This document shows, piece after piece, positions 9,199-18,488 of a DNA stretch of 64,000 bases; within the stretch, counting starts at the first letter, position 1; every line of letters starts with the position of its first letter. A model generated the notes under the pieces. It was given only the letters and a program-made list of their open reading frames with translations. It was not told where the DNA came from and made no database searches. The stretch spans positions 640,001 through 704,000 of the forward strand of contig CAWFXA010000002.1 of the NCBI GenBank assembly GCA_963819655.1, in the 5' to 3' direction. The stretch is from an uncultured Chloroflexia bacterium. Lineage in GTDB: Bacteria > Chloroflexota > Limnocylindria > Limnocylindrales > CSP1-4. A program made the translations under genes and the position numbers.

Positions 9199-10314
9199 AT
9201 GGCGACGATCACGTTCGATCACGTGGTGAAGGACTACGGCGACGTCCATGTCGTCAAGGACATGAACGTCGAGATCGCAGACGGTGAGTTCATGGTCCTC
9301 GTCGGCCCATCGGGCTGCGGGAAGACGACCGCGCTCCGGATGATCGCCGGGCTCGAGGAGATCACGGCTGGCACGGTGAAGATCGGCGATCGGGTCGTCA
9401 ACGACGTCGCACCCAAGGACCGCGACATCGCCATGGTCTTCCAGAGCTACGCGCTGTATCCGCACATGTCGGTCCGGGAGAACCTCGCGTTCGGACTCAA
9501 GCTGCGCAAGATGCCCAAATCCGAGATCGAGCGGAGGGTCAACGTCGCAGCGGAGACCACCCAGCTCACGAAACTGCTCGACCGCAAGCCCAAGGAGCTC
9601 TCCGGCGGCCAGCGGCAGCGCGTGGCCCTGGGTCGGGCGATCGTCCGCGAGCCGGCGGCGTTCCTGATGGACGAGCCGCTGTCGAACCTCGACGCCAAGC
9701 TGCGCGTCCAGACGCGCGCCGAGATCGCCCGCCTCCACCAGCGACTCAAGACGACGACGGTCTACGTCACCCACGACCAGGTCGAGGCGATGACGATGGG
9801 CCAGCGGATCGCAGTGATGAACGAGGGGATCCTCCAACAGGTCGGCCCGCCCCAGACTCTCTATGACAGCCCGGTCAACCGATTCGTCGGAGGCTTCATC
9901 GGCAGCCCCTCGATGAACTTCATCGAGGTCACCGTCGAGGGCTCTGGTGACGGTGCGCGGCTGATCGGCCCGTCCGGATGGGCGGTCCCGGTCCCGGCGC
10001 GCTTCCGCGACGCAGGTGCCACAGAAGGTCGCAAGCTCGTCGCGGGCTTCCGGCCGGAGCACCTCGATATCGGCGATCCGAGCGGGCACCGCGCCTCGTT
10101 CCGAGCTCGGGCCGACGTGGTCGAGTACCTCGGCAACGAGGAGCTCCTGCATGTCAACGCGGCGGACCAGGACATCGTGGCGATCGTCAACTCGAAGCAC
10201 CGCATCGTGCCGAACGACCTCGTGGATCTCATCATCCCGCTCGACCTGCTCCACCTGTTCGACAGCGAGACGGGCGAGGCACTCCACCCAAAGTCGACCG
10301 CGTCGGCCGCCTGA
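9199..10314 (+). CDS. Sugar ABC transporter ATP-binding subunit (MalK/MsmX/UgpC type)
   Basis: GPSGCGKTT, LSGGQRQR, DEPLSNLD, TOBE-like C-terminus; RBS ggagg upstream. Confidence 0.93.
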   Translation: MATITFDHVVKDYGDVHVVKDMNVEIADGEFMVLVGPSGCGKTTALRMIAGLEEITAGTVKIGDRVVNDVAPKDRDIAMVFQSYALYPHMSVRENLAFGLKLRKMPKSEIERRVNVAAETTQLTKLLDRKPKELSGGQRQRVALGRAIVREPAAFLMDEPLSNLDAKLRVQTRAEIARLHQRLKTTTVYVTHDQVEAMTMGQRIAVMNEGILQQVGPPQTLYDSPVNRFVGGFIGSPSMNFIEVTVEGSGDGARLIGPSGWAVPVPARFRDAGATEGRKLVAGFRPEHLDIGDPSGHRASFRARADVVEYLGNEELLHVNAADQDIVAIVNSKHRIVPNDLVDLIIPLDLLHLFDSETGEALHPKSTASAA

Positions 10315-10365
10315 CGGCCGGCGGCCGGCGGCCGTCCCGGCTGGCATTCGTCGAAGCGCGCTCCC

Positions 10366-11929
10366 GTGACGATCGAGACCCCGGCATGGGTGCGGGACGC
10401 GGTCTTCTACCAGATCTTCCCGGACCGCTTCGCGATGAGCGACCGTGTCGTCAAGCCCGGTCCCCTGGAGCCGTGGGATAGCCCGCCCACGGTCTACGGG
10501 TTCAAGGGCGGCGACCTGCTCGGGATCGTAGAGCACCTCGACCACATCCAGGCCGTCGGCGCGAACGCGATCTATCTGAACCCTGTCTTCAAATCGGCGT
10601 CGAACCACCGCTACCACACCTACGACTACATGGCGGTCGACCCGCTGCTCGGTGGCGACGCCGCCCTGCGCGAGCTGCTCGACGCATGCCACGCGCGCGG
10701 GATCCGCGTCGTGCTCGACGGGGTCTTCAACCATGCAAGTCGCGGGTTCTTCCCGTTCAACCATGTCCTCGAATTCGGGCAAGGCGTCGCCCTACCGCGA
10801 CTGGTTCTACTTCAACGTCGAGGATCTGGACGCGGGCCGCCCCATCCGCGCCTATCCGCTCGAGAACGTGCCCGTCGACCTGTCCGCACTGACGGCCGAG
10901 CAGGTCGCCGACCAGATGGCCGGCCGAACGTCGCTCACGTCCCTGGGCTATCGGGCGTGGTGGGACCTGCCCGCGCTGCCGAAGGTCAACACGTCGAACC
11001 CGTTCGCCCGCGAGTACCTGTTGTCGGTCGCCGAGCATTGGATCCGGTTCGGCATCGACGGGTGGCGGCTCGACGTCGCGGAGGAGGTCCCGGACGAATT
11101 CTGGCGCGAGTTTCGCAGCCGGGTGAAGGCGATCTCCCCCGAGGCATACATCGTCGCCGAGATCTGGCACGAGAAGCCGGGCGACCTGGGTGGGGATATG
11201 TACGACGCGCTCATGAACTACCCGCTGGCCACGGCGATCATCTCGTTCACGGGCTCGTGGCGCCTCGACCGGCGCGTCATCGCCCAGCATCTCACCATCG
11301 ATGCGATGGTCCGCGATGACGACGCTCCGGCCTTCGCTGTGCGCCTGGAGCGCGCAATGTCGATCTACGACCCGGCAGTCACGGCCGTCCAGCTCAACCT
11401 GCTCGACAGCCACGACACGCCGCGCTTCCTGTCGATGGTGAGCGGCGACCGAAGCGCCCTGCGGCTTGCCACGCTCATCCAGATGACCCTGCCCGGCGCG
11501 CCGCTGATCTACTACGGCGACGAGATCGGGCTCGCCGGCGAGCTCGACCCGTACAGCCGGCCCGCCTTCCCGTGGAGCGCGGAGGACGGCTGGGACCGCG
11601 ACCTGCTCGCGTACATCTCGGGCGTCGTGGCGCTGCGCCACGGCCAGCCGGTGTTGCGCGACGGCGGCTTCCGGGTCGTCGCTGCCGAGGCGCACTTCAT
11701 CGCCTACCTGCGCGCCGGTGACGCCGGTTCGGCGCTCGTTCTGGTCAACGCGGGCGACGAGCCCATCCAGGTCGAGCTGGTCGTACCTGAGCTGGACGGA
11801 CGGACCGTGGCAGCCCAACGCTGGCCCGGCAACGATCCTGCGTCGTTCCCGGACCCCCTCACCGTCCGCGACGGCCGGCTGGGAATCTCGCTTCCGGCTC
11901 GCGATGGCGCGGTGCTGATGGCCGACTGA
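10366..11929 (+). CDS. GH13 glycosidase (neopullulanase/cyclomaltodextrinase-like); +1 frameshift at ~10777-10779
   Basis: YQIFPDRF and DGVFNH in the first frame; [13 protein letters not shown] and LDSHD in the second. Removing one G from GGG 10777-10779 joins them. Confidence 0.88.
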
Positions 11930-12035
11930 TCGGCCGGTTCGTACCGACCGGCAGAGTGCCCCAGGCGTCGCACCCGTCCCGGCGCCTGACCACTTCCTGA
12001 GCGCTGGAGCCGCCCGCCCCTATACTTCGCGGCCT

Positions 12036-12650
12036 GTGGCAGATCTCCCCATCGACCTGGAGACCGGGCTGTCCGAACGTCTGGCCCGGATCCTCGATGT
12101 CGAGGGCAAGATCCCGCGGGCGATCGAGGCGCTGGGTCCGGTGGAGGGACGAGATGTTGTCGTCGTCGATGGATCCGCCGGTCTTCGCGCTCGGCAGCTC
12201 ATCTCACTCGGCGCTCGGGTCACGCTCGTGGACGCGAGCGGCCCCGCGGCGTTCGACGCGCCCGATGCGTCGGCCGACGTCGTCGTCGGGTTGTGGTCCC
12301 CGTTCCGCGGTGCAGGCTCCGCCGATATCGACCAGGCGGCCCGACTTCTTCGGCCCGGCGGCCGGCTGCTCGTCATCCACGATTACGGGCGCGATGACGT
12401 CGCACAACTCCGGGGCGATCTCCCGGAGTACGGGATCTGGACGCGGCGCGACGGTCCGTTCCTGACATCCGGGTTCAAGATCCGCGTCCTCCACTGCTGG
12501 TGGACGTTCGCGTCTCTGGACGAGGCGGGCACGTTCCTCGACGCCGCCTTCGGTGAGGTCGGGCGCACGGTCGCGGCCCGGTTGACCCGGCCGCGCCTGT
12601 CTTACAACGTCGCGGTCTACCATCGGACCCTGGATAGGGAGCACGCATGA
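12036..12650 (+). CDS. SAM-methyltransferase-like protein (degenerate motif I)
   Basis: DASADVVV..ARLLRPGGRLLVI motif; TATACT -10-like hexamer at 12021. Confidence 0.6.
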   Translation: MADLPIDLETGLSERLARILDVEGKIPRAIEALGPVEGRDVVVVDGSAGLRARQLISLGARVTLVDASGPAAFDAPDASADVVVGLWSPFRGAGSADIDQAARLLRPGGRLLVIHDYGRDDVAQLRGDLPEYGIWTRRDGPFLTSGFKIRVLHCWWTFASLDEAGTFLDAAFGEVGRTVAARLTRPRLSYNVAVYHRTLDREHA

Positions 12651-13057
12651 CCGAGCGCCGTGTCGGCCGGGATCCATATGCCGACCCACATCCCCGGGAT
12701 GCCCTTCTGGACGACGACCCCGCATACGAGCCCGAGGAGCGCCGGCGCGGCATCTCGCCCGGCGTGATCTTCTTCGTCGTCGCGGTGATCGGGTCGATCG
12801 CCTATATGGCGTACGTCCTCACCGTCCGGGAGGCGACGCAGATCCCGCTGCTTGCATCGGGCGCGGTCGTGCTCGCCATCGTCTTCGGGGCACTCGCGGT
12901 GTTCTGCCTGCGGTCGATCTGGCGCGCCGGGCTGCAGCGTGGCAACAGCGGCACGACGATCCTGACCGCAATCGTCGGGGGCGGCGCGGCGATGGCCGCG
13001 TCGGGCTTCGCGGCAGCCGCGATCATCCTCTTCCAGCTCGCCATCCGGCCGGCCTGA
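12647..13057 (+). CDS. Hypothetical 3-TM membrane protein
   Basis: ATGA overlap with the upstream gene; three hydrophobic segments. Confidence 0.7.
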   Translation: MTERRVGRDPYADPHPRDALLDDDPAYEPEERRRGISPGVIFFVVAVIGSIAYMAYVLTVREATQIPLLASGAVVLAIVFGALAVFCLRSIWRAGLQRGNSGTTILTAIVGGGAAMAASGFAAAAIILFQLAIRPA

Positions 13058-13068
13058 GAGGGACCCTC

Positions 13069-13077
13069 TGCTAGAAT
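13069..13077 (+). promoter_or_regulatory. Extended -10 promoter (TGcTAGAAT) of tRNA-Glu
   Basis: TGnTAnnnT 21 nt upstream of the tRNA, followed by a GC-rich discriminator. Confidence 0.65.
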
Positions 13078-13098
13078 CCGGCCTCGGCGCGCCCGCCC

Positions 13099-13175
13099 GC
13101 CCCCATCGTCTAGAGGCCTAGGACGCCACCCTTTCAAGGTGGAGATCAGGGGTTCGAATCCCCTTGGGGGCACCA
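13099..13175 (+). tRNA. tRNA-Glu (anticodon TTC), CCA encoded
   Basis: Acceptor GCCCCCA/TGGGGGC, anticodon arm CCACC-CTTTCAA-GGTGG, T arm AGGGG-TTCGAAT-CCCCT, 3' ACCA. Confidence 0.97.
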
Positions 13176-13221
13176 CCGCTGTCTTTCGAAGAACGGCCGC
13201 ACCGGACGCGTCCACTCGATC
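13146..13221 (-). pseudogene. Relic 3' end of a probable serine recombinase overlapping the tRNA (left att-like repeat)
   Basis: Minus strand reads IEWTRPVRPFFERQRWCPQGDSNP*; 13160-13221 is 52/62 identical to 17320-17381. Confidence 0.6.
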
Positions 13222-13321
13222 CGTACGCCTCCGGATCTGCGGCCCGCCACAGGGTGTCGGGGACGGTGATCGGTGTGGCTTCGGTGGCCGCACCTCGATC
13301 GCGGGCTCCGTCGCCGATCAC
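13221..13321 (-). pseudogene. Truncated 5' fragment of a nuoB-like gene
   Basis: [18 protein letters not shown] versus [18 protein letters not shown] in 60443..61153; 29 identical bp; its GTG overlaps the oxidoreductase stop (GTGA). Confidence 0.7.
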
Positions 13322-14325
13322 GTGACGACTGCGGAGGGCCGGCCACGCTGCAACGGCGACGTCTCCGAGTCGGTCCCGGATACGCCAGCCACGAGCAGCA
13401 CGACCTTGCCCGGCCCGCTCCTGATGCCCATCCTCCCGTACGCTTGCTGTCCGCGGATGAGCGGCAACTCCGCTGACACGATCGGTCGAAGGTGGCCGGC
13501 ATCGATCAAGCCGGCGATCTCAAGCAGCTGTTCCCGGTCCTGCTTGACGATGAACCAGATCGCTCGTCGGTCGTCGTCGCTCGGGCGCTCGGGTGGACGG
13601 GGCACGGCGATCGACACGAGTCTGCCACGAGGACCAAGGACGTCCCACGATCGCTCCCAGGTTTCGCCACCGACCGTGTCGAACACGAGATCCAGGTCCG
13701 CCACGACATCCTCGAACCGTTGCGACCGATAGTCGATGACGTCGTCGGCGCCGAGTCCACGGACAAGATCGGCGTCACGCGCCGAACTGGTCGCCGTGAC
13801 GCGCGCCCCTCGCCATCGAGCGAGTTGGACGGCGAACGAGCCGACGCCGCCGCCCCCACCGTGGACGAGCACCCGCTGGCCAGGGGCGAGATCGCCCTGA
13901 TCGAAGAGCGCCTGCCATGCCGTCAGCGCGGACAGCGGGACGGCGGCCGCCTCGGCGTGGGTCGCGATGGCGGGCTTGGGCACAAGTTCGTCGGCGCGCA
14001 CCGCCACGAAGTCCGCGTCGGCGCCGTCACGACGGAAATCGATCACTCCGAACACTTCATCCCCGACCTCGATCCCTGCGGCACCCGCTCCCACCTTCTC
14101 GACGACCCCGGAGACCTCATGGCCAGGGATGATGGGCGGCGTGCGTCGAGCGCCGTCATCGCGGAGCCATGTCCCGTTCCAGTCGAGTTCCCCCGGCGAG
14201 ACGCCGCTGGCGTGGACCCGGACTAGGACGTCTTCGGGTCCGAGCGTGGGCAGCGGCACGTCTTCGACGACCAGTCGGGAGGGGTCATGTTGGGCATAGG
14301 CGTGCAGGGCGCGCATAGTCCTCAT
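13318..14325 (-). CDS. NADP-dependent oxidoreductase (MDR / quinone reductase family)
   Basis: IPGHEVSGVV, PLSALTAWQAL, HGGGGGVGSFAVQLA, GKVVL. Confidence 0.9.
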   Translation of the reverse strand: MRTMRALHAYAQHDPSRLVVEDVPLPTLGPEDVLVRVHASGVSPGELDWNGTWLRDDGARRTPPIIPGHEVSGVVEKVGAGAAGIEVGDEVFGVIDFRRDGADADFVAVRADELVPKPAIATHAEAAAVPLSALTAWQALFDQGDLAPGQRVLVHGGGGGVGSFAVQLARWRGARVTATSSARDADLVRGLGADDVIDYRSQRFEDVVADLDLVFDTVGGETWERSWDVLGPRGRLVSIAVPRPPERPSDDDRRAIWFIVKQDREQLLEIAGLIDAGHLRPIVSAELPLIRGQQAYGRMGIRSGPGKVVLLVAGVSGTDSETSPLQRGRPSAVVT

Positions 14326-14409
14326 CTCCTCCGGGCGAGTACAACCTCGCCGTCAGTCAGGGGCCGGACGCCGCTGCGATCCACAGCGTCCGGCCTTCCG
14401 CGATCGAGA

Positions 14410-15606
14410 TCAGCGCAGAGCCCTAAACGCGGCTCGCAGCTCCTCGGAGAACAGCTGCGGCTCCTCCCAGGCGGCGAAGTGGCCGCCCTTGTCGACCGCG
14501 TTGAAGTAGGTGAGGCCGGGGTATACCGCCTCGACCCAGCTGCGCGGGGAGGCCCAGATCTCGCCGGGGAACGTCGTGAAGCCGACCGGCACGGAGACCG
14601 GCGGAGGAGGTTGGCCGCTTGCGATCGCTGCGGCCAGCGCTCGAGCGTCCTCCCAGTACGACCGCGCCGCCGACGCAGCGGTGCCGGTGAACCAGTACAG
14701 CGTGATGTTGTCGACGATGCTCTGCCGGGTAAGATCGCCGACAGGCTCGGCGCCGAGGAGCGCGCGGGAGATCTTGTAGTAGCTGTCCGTGTCGTGGTCG
14801 AGCAACCAGGCCGCCAACGCGACGGGTGAATCCAGCAGTGCGTAGCCGATCGTCTGGGGCCGAGTTGCCATCTCGAGGAAGTAGCCGAAGCCGTCCTGCC
14901 TGAACGTCGCAAGCGCCTCGGCCGCTGCGCGTTCCTGTTCGGATTCCTTGGGCAGTCGATCGCCGATCGCGAGCACCGCCGTGAGCAGGTTCAGGTGGTA
15001 GCCGACCAGACCCTCGACCGCCTGGCGGCCCATCAGGTCCGTGACGAGTGCACCCACGTCGCCGCCCTGCGCGACGTAGCGGGTGTAGCCGAGGCGGCGC
15101 ATCAGGTCCGACCAGGCGCGTGCGGTGCGGCCGGCGTCCCAGCCGAGCTCGGCTGGCTCGCTGGAGAAGCCGTACCCGGGCAGCGACGGCAGCACGAGGT
15201 GGAACGCATCCTGCGCTTGCCCGCCGTGCGCGGTCGGATCGGTCAGCGGTCCGATCGTTTCGAGCAGCTCGATGACCGAGCCGGGCCAGCCGTGCGTCAC
15301 GATCAGCGGCAAGGCGTTCTCGTGCGGGGACTTCACATGGATGAAGTGGATGTCGACGCCGTCGATCTCCGTCGTGAACTGCGGAAGCGCGTTGAGCTTC
15401 GCCTCGGCCTTGCGCCAGTCGTAGTCCGTTGCCCAGTAGCGCGCGAGCTCCTGCATCGCCGCCAGCTGCACGCCCTGTGATCGATCGGCGACCAACTCCT
15501 TGGTGGGCCAGCGTGTCGCCGCGATGCGCCGACGCAAGTCGTCGATCTGTTCCTGTTCGACCTCCACGCGGAATGGACGGATCTCGGTCTCGACGATGGT
15601 CGTCAT
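14410..15606 (-). CDS. Epoxide hydrolase (EHN + alpha/beta hydrolase)
   Basis: IRPFRV, YDWRKAE, HGWPGS, QGGDVG, GGHFAAWEEP. Confidence 0.92.
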   Translation of the reverse strand: MTTIVETEIRPFRVEVEQEQIDDLRRRIAATRWPTKELVADRSQGVQLAAMQELARYWATDYDWRKAEAKLNALPQFTTEIDGVDIHFIHVKSPHENALPLIVTHGWPGSVIELLETIGPLTDPTAHGGQAQDAFHLVLPSLPGYGFSSEPAELGWDAGRTARAWSDLMRRLGYTRYVAQGGDVGALVTDLMGRQAVEGLVGYHLNLLTAVLAIGDRLPKESEQERAAAEALATFRQDGFGYFLEMATRPQTIGYALLDSPVALAAWLLDHDTDSYYKISRALLGAEPVGDLTRQSIVDNITLYWFTGTAASAARSYWEDARALAAAIASGQPPPPVSVPVGFTTFPGEIWASPRSWVEAVYPGLTYFNAVDKGGHFAAWEEPQLFSEELRAAFRALR

Positions 15607-15712
15607 GGCGCTCCTCCAGTGCGTACGCGAACCCGGTTGTACGTCGTCAGCAGCTGTGCTGCGCGATCCCGTTTACCGGGTCAAGTGGTGAGCGCGCAGC
15701 CAGTTCCACGTA

Positions 15713-16939
15713 TCAGCGAACCGGGCGGAACGCTGCGCGGATCTCCTGACTGAACAATTGCGGTTGCTCCCAAGCGGCGAAGTGGCCGCCCTTGTCGACT
15801 TCGTTGTAGTAGATGAGGTTGGGATAGGCTCGTTCCGCCCAGTTGCGCGGAGCCTGGTATTGCTCGCCCGGAAAAATCGTGATCGCGACCGGGATAGCCA
15901 CACCCTTCGCGTTGAAGAAGCCGCCCTTGTATTCCCAATAGAGGCGAGACGCCGATACGCCGGTGTCTGTCAGCCAATAGAGCGTGATGTTGTCGAGGAT
16001 CTCGTCACGAGTCAGTTCGCCCGCGGCACTCGTGGTGCGGTCTAGGGCGGCCACGACTGCCGCGGCGGGCTGGCCGTCAGCGTCGTTGTGGTCGAGGAGC
16101 CAAGCGGCAAGGCCGACGGGCGAATCCGCGATGCCGTACAGCGTCTGCGGGCGAGCCGCCATCATCCTCGCGTACTCCACCTGTTTGAAGGTGCGGACCA
16201 GCTGGTCGCAGGCACGCTTCTCGACCGACGAGAGACCGTCCGGCGCCGGATCGCCGCGACTCAGAGCGTCGTTGATGGCAGTGGGTACGGTGGCCGGCAT
16301 GTTCGTGTGGATGGCGAGGAGTCCTGTCGGTGCCTGCAGCCCCATCTGGTCGACGACGAAAGCGCCCCAGTCGCCGCCCTGGGCCACGTAGCGGGTGTAC
16401 CCGAGGCGCTGCATCAAGGTGTTCCACGCTAGGCCGATGCGCTCCGGACCCCACCCGACACGCGTCGGCTTCGCGGAGAATCCGTACCCCGGCATCGACG
16501 GGATGACGACATCGAAGGCGTCGCCGGCGATGCCGCCATGGGCGGTGGGGTCCGTCAGTCGATCGATGATCTTGAGTTGCTCGATGATCGATCCGGGCCA
16601 GCCGTGACTGACGATGATCGGCAACGCGCCCTCGTGTCCTGAACGGACGTGGATGAAATGGATGTCCAGTCCGTCTATCTCGGTGATGAACTGCGGCAGG
16701 CCGTTCAGCCGCGCTTCCACCCGTCGCCAGTCGTAGTCCGTCATCCAATGGCGCACGAGTCGCTGGACCATCGCGAGCGGCACGCCCTGGGACTGATCCG
16801 TGACCGTCTCCTTGTCCGGCCAGTTCGTCATCTCCAGGCGGCGTCCGAGGTCGTCGATCCTCGCCTGGGGCACGTCGACTCGGAATGGCCGGATCGCGGC
16901 ATCTACGGACGCCTTCGGCTCGGGACTAACGATCGTCAT
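15713..16939 (-). CDS. Epoxide hydrolase (paralog of 14410..15606)
   Basis: HGWPGS, QGGDWG, GGHFAAWEQP. Confidence 0.92.
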   Translation of the reverse strand: MTIVSPEPKASVDAAIRPFRVDVPQARIDDLGRRLEMTNWPDKETVTDQSQGVPLAMVQRLVRHWMTDYDWRRVEARLNGLPQFITEIDGLDIHFIHVRSGHEGALPIIVSHGWPGSIIEQLKIIDRLTDPTAHGGIAGDAFDVVIPSMPGYGFSAKPTRVGWGPERIGLAWNTLMQRLGYTRYVAQGGDWGAFVVDQMGLQAPTGLLAIHTNMPATVPTAINDALSRGDPAPDGLSSVEKRACDQLVRTFKQVEYARMMAARPQTLYGIADSPVGLAAWLLDHNDADGQPAAAVVAALDRTTSAAGELTRDEILDNITLYWLTDTGVSASRLYWEYKGGFFNAKGVAIPVAITIFPGEQYQAPRNWAERAYPNLIYYNEVDKGGHFAAWEQPQLFSQEIRAAFRPVR

Positions 16940-17180
16940 CTCCGTTCCTCCCCGCTGTGACCCGTTCGAAGTGGACTTGGCTTCACAGCGGAACGGATGA
17001 CGAACTCGACGATGCCGCCTGGAGTAGTCCCAAGATGCGCGGCGTCAGGGGCACCCGCCGATGGATGGCACGCGCGTAAGACCTGCACCCCGGGAGGGGG
17101 CCCTCCGCTGCGAGTGCCTTGGGCGAATCTGGGGCCCACCGCGATCGACGTCATGACAGTCCGTCATTACCGAGGGTGTC

Positions 17181-17321
17181 AGGCGCTCCTCATCGTGGGT
17201 CAGGTCGTCGTACGTGAACGGGAACGGTCGCCTCGTCACGGGCGAGAGCGAGCTCGATCCGGAGGTGACCGTCGACGACGTTACCGGTCGAGCGGTCGAC
17301 TATGACCTCGGTGACCCACCC
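17181..17321 (-). pseudogene. Fragment of a ParB/Srx-like N-terminal domain (phage-type ParB-methylase), frameshifted
   Basis: GWVTEVIVDRSTGNVVDGHLRIELALARDEATVPV, then a frameshift to TYDDLTHDEERL; DGHxR motif; abuts the right repeat. Confidence 0.6.
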
Positions 17322-17437
17322 CTTTGGAAGCACCACCGCTGTCGGTCGAAGAAAGGCCGGACCGGAGGCGTTCATTCGATCGCCTCCACCTGGCGGTCTC
17401 GGATGACCACCCGCTGGATCACCATCCGGCTGAGTTC
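17318..17437 (-). pseudogene. Second, longer serine-recombinase C-terminal relic containing the right att-like repeat
   Basis: ELSRMVIQRVVIRDRQVEAIE*TPPVRPFFDRQRWCFQRG; TGA at 17374-17372 where the left copy has TGG. Confidence 0.6.
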
Positions 17438-17456
17438 GGTGGGACACGCCCTAAGT

Positions 17457-18389
17457 TCAAGGTGGTGAGGGACTTGGCCAGGGCGGATTCACATTGTTTG
17501 AAATGACGTATAGGTCGTAGAGCCGATCCCAGAGGGTGACGTACACCCGCGAGGGTGGAGCCGTGCCACGCGGCATAGCGAACCAGATCCCCGTGAGATC
17601 CAGCGGCTCCGCGAGGGCACAGAACCCGTAGATCCGGTCGTCCACGTCGGCGTCGACGATGTCCACCCAGGTCCGGCTAGCGCTGTCGTTGAGACCGCAC
17701 GGCTCGAGGTCCGGGGCTGCCGCGAACAACTCGGCCGGGTAGTCGAACCAGTTCGCGATGGTCAGTTCATATCGGGTGAACGGGTTCCCGAACGCGTCGT
17801 CGTAGTCCTCGGTACCCGCTGCGGCGAGCACCGGATCGGGGAGGGCGGGGTACTCCGGCTCGGGCACGGGCTCCGTATCGACCCCGAACCAGTCGAGCCA
17901 TAGCTCACCGTCGTGGTCGGCCGCCGCGACCCAACCAGTCGTGATCCCGTCCCGGAGGGTTGAGTCCACGAGACGCACTCGATACCACCAGTAGCCCGAC
18001 GCCGCGACGGGTCCCCCGAGGACCTCCAAAACCGTCCCGATCGCGAGCAGCGGCTGGTACTTCGCCGAGTCGGCGCTCACGCGCGGCTTGGACCGGACCC
18101 GAAGATCGTCGGAGACCGTAACCACGAGCGCCTCGGGCTGGAACGGGGGTCTCGGACCCATCGTCGGGGTTCGCGCCGGCGTGCCCGGGCTCGGCTCGAA
18201 GCCCGCCTGCGGCGAGCTGAGACCCGTTGGTGCAGCGAATGACGGTCCGGCGGAAGGTACGCCTGCGCTCACCGAGGGCAGCGGAGGCCACGGACTCACT
18301 CGACTCACCGAGGCCGCCGGGGACGGCGTAGGCGCGCCGCAGCCGGCGATGACGATGGCCACGAAGAGGATCGAGCCGAGTCGTCCCAC
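17457..18389 (-). CDS. Lipoprotein with Pro-rich linker and SH3b-like domain
   Basis: Lipobox VIAGC; DLRVRSKP..GTVLEVLGGPV..GYWWYRV..GWVA pattern. Confidence 0.7.
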   Translation of the reverse strand: MGRLGSILFVAIVIAGCGAPTPSPAASVSRVSPWPPLPSVSAGVPSAGPSFAAPTGLSSPQAGFEPSPGTPARTPTMGPRPPFQPEALVVTVSDDLRVRSKPRVSADSAKYQPLLAIGTVLEVLGGPVAASGYWWYRVRLVDSTLRDGITTGWVAAADHDGELWLDWFGVDTEPVPEPEYPALPDPVLAAAGTEDYDDAFGNPFTRYELTIANWFDYPAELFAAAPDLEPCGLNDSASRTWVDIVDADVDDRIYGFCALAEPLDLTGIWFAMPRGTAPPSRVYVTLWDRLYDLYVISNNVNPPWPSPSPP

Positions 18390-18488
18390 GTTTAGCTCCC
18401 CACAGGCTTGTCAGCACCGACAAGGTTGCGATGCAGCTCAGCCCCGACCCGGAGGATCGGAGCTGAGCGTCGCGAGGTTCGGCCGATG

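Larger units (their letters stand above)
13160..17381. mobile_element. Decayed integrative element / genomic islet at tRNA-Glu bounded by 62-bp direct repeats
   Basis: Repeats include the tRNA 3' end; truncated genes at both inner boundaries; cargo of two epoxide hydrolases and an oxidoreductase; no intact integrase. Confidence 0.7.

Noticed and set aside
13288-13301. 14-bp match (cgatcgaggtgcgg) between the nuoB relic and the 3' end of the DipZ-like gene at ~60391
   Set aside because: Short and GC-rich, and its spacing to the true homology block differs by about 100 bp; cannot be separated from chance.
17372-17374. In-frame TGA as selenocysteine or readthrough
   Set aside because: It aligns with TGG (Trp) in the other repeat copy and lies in a start-less relic, so it is a simple nonsense mutation.
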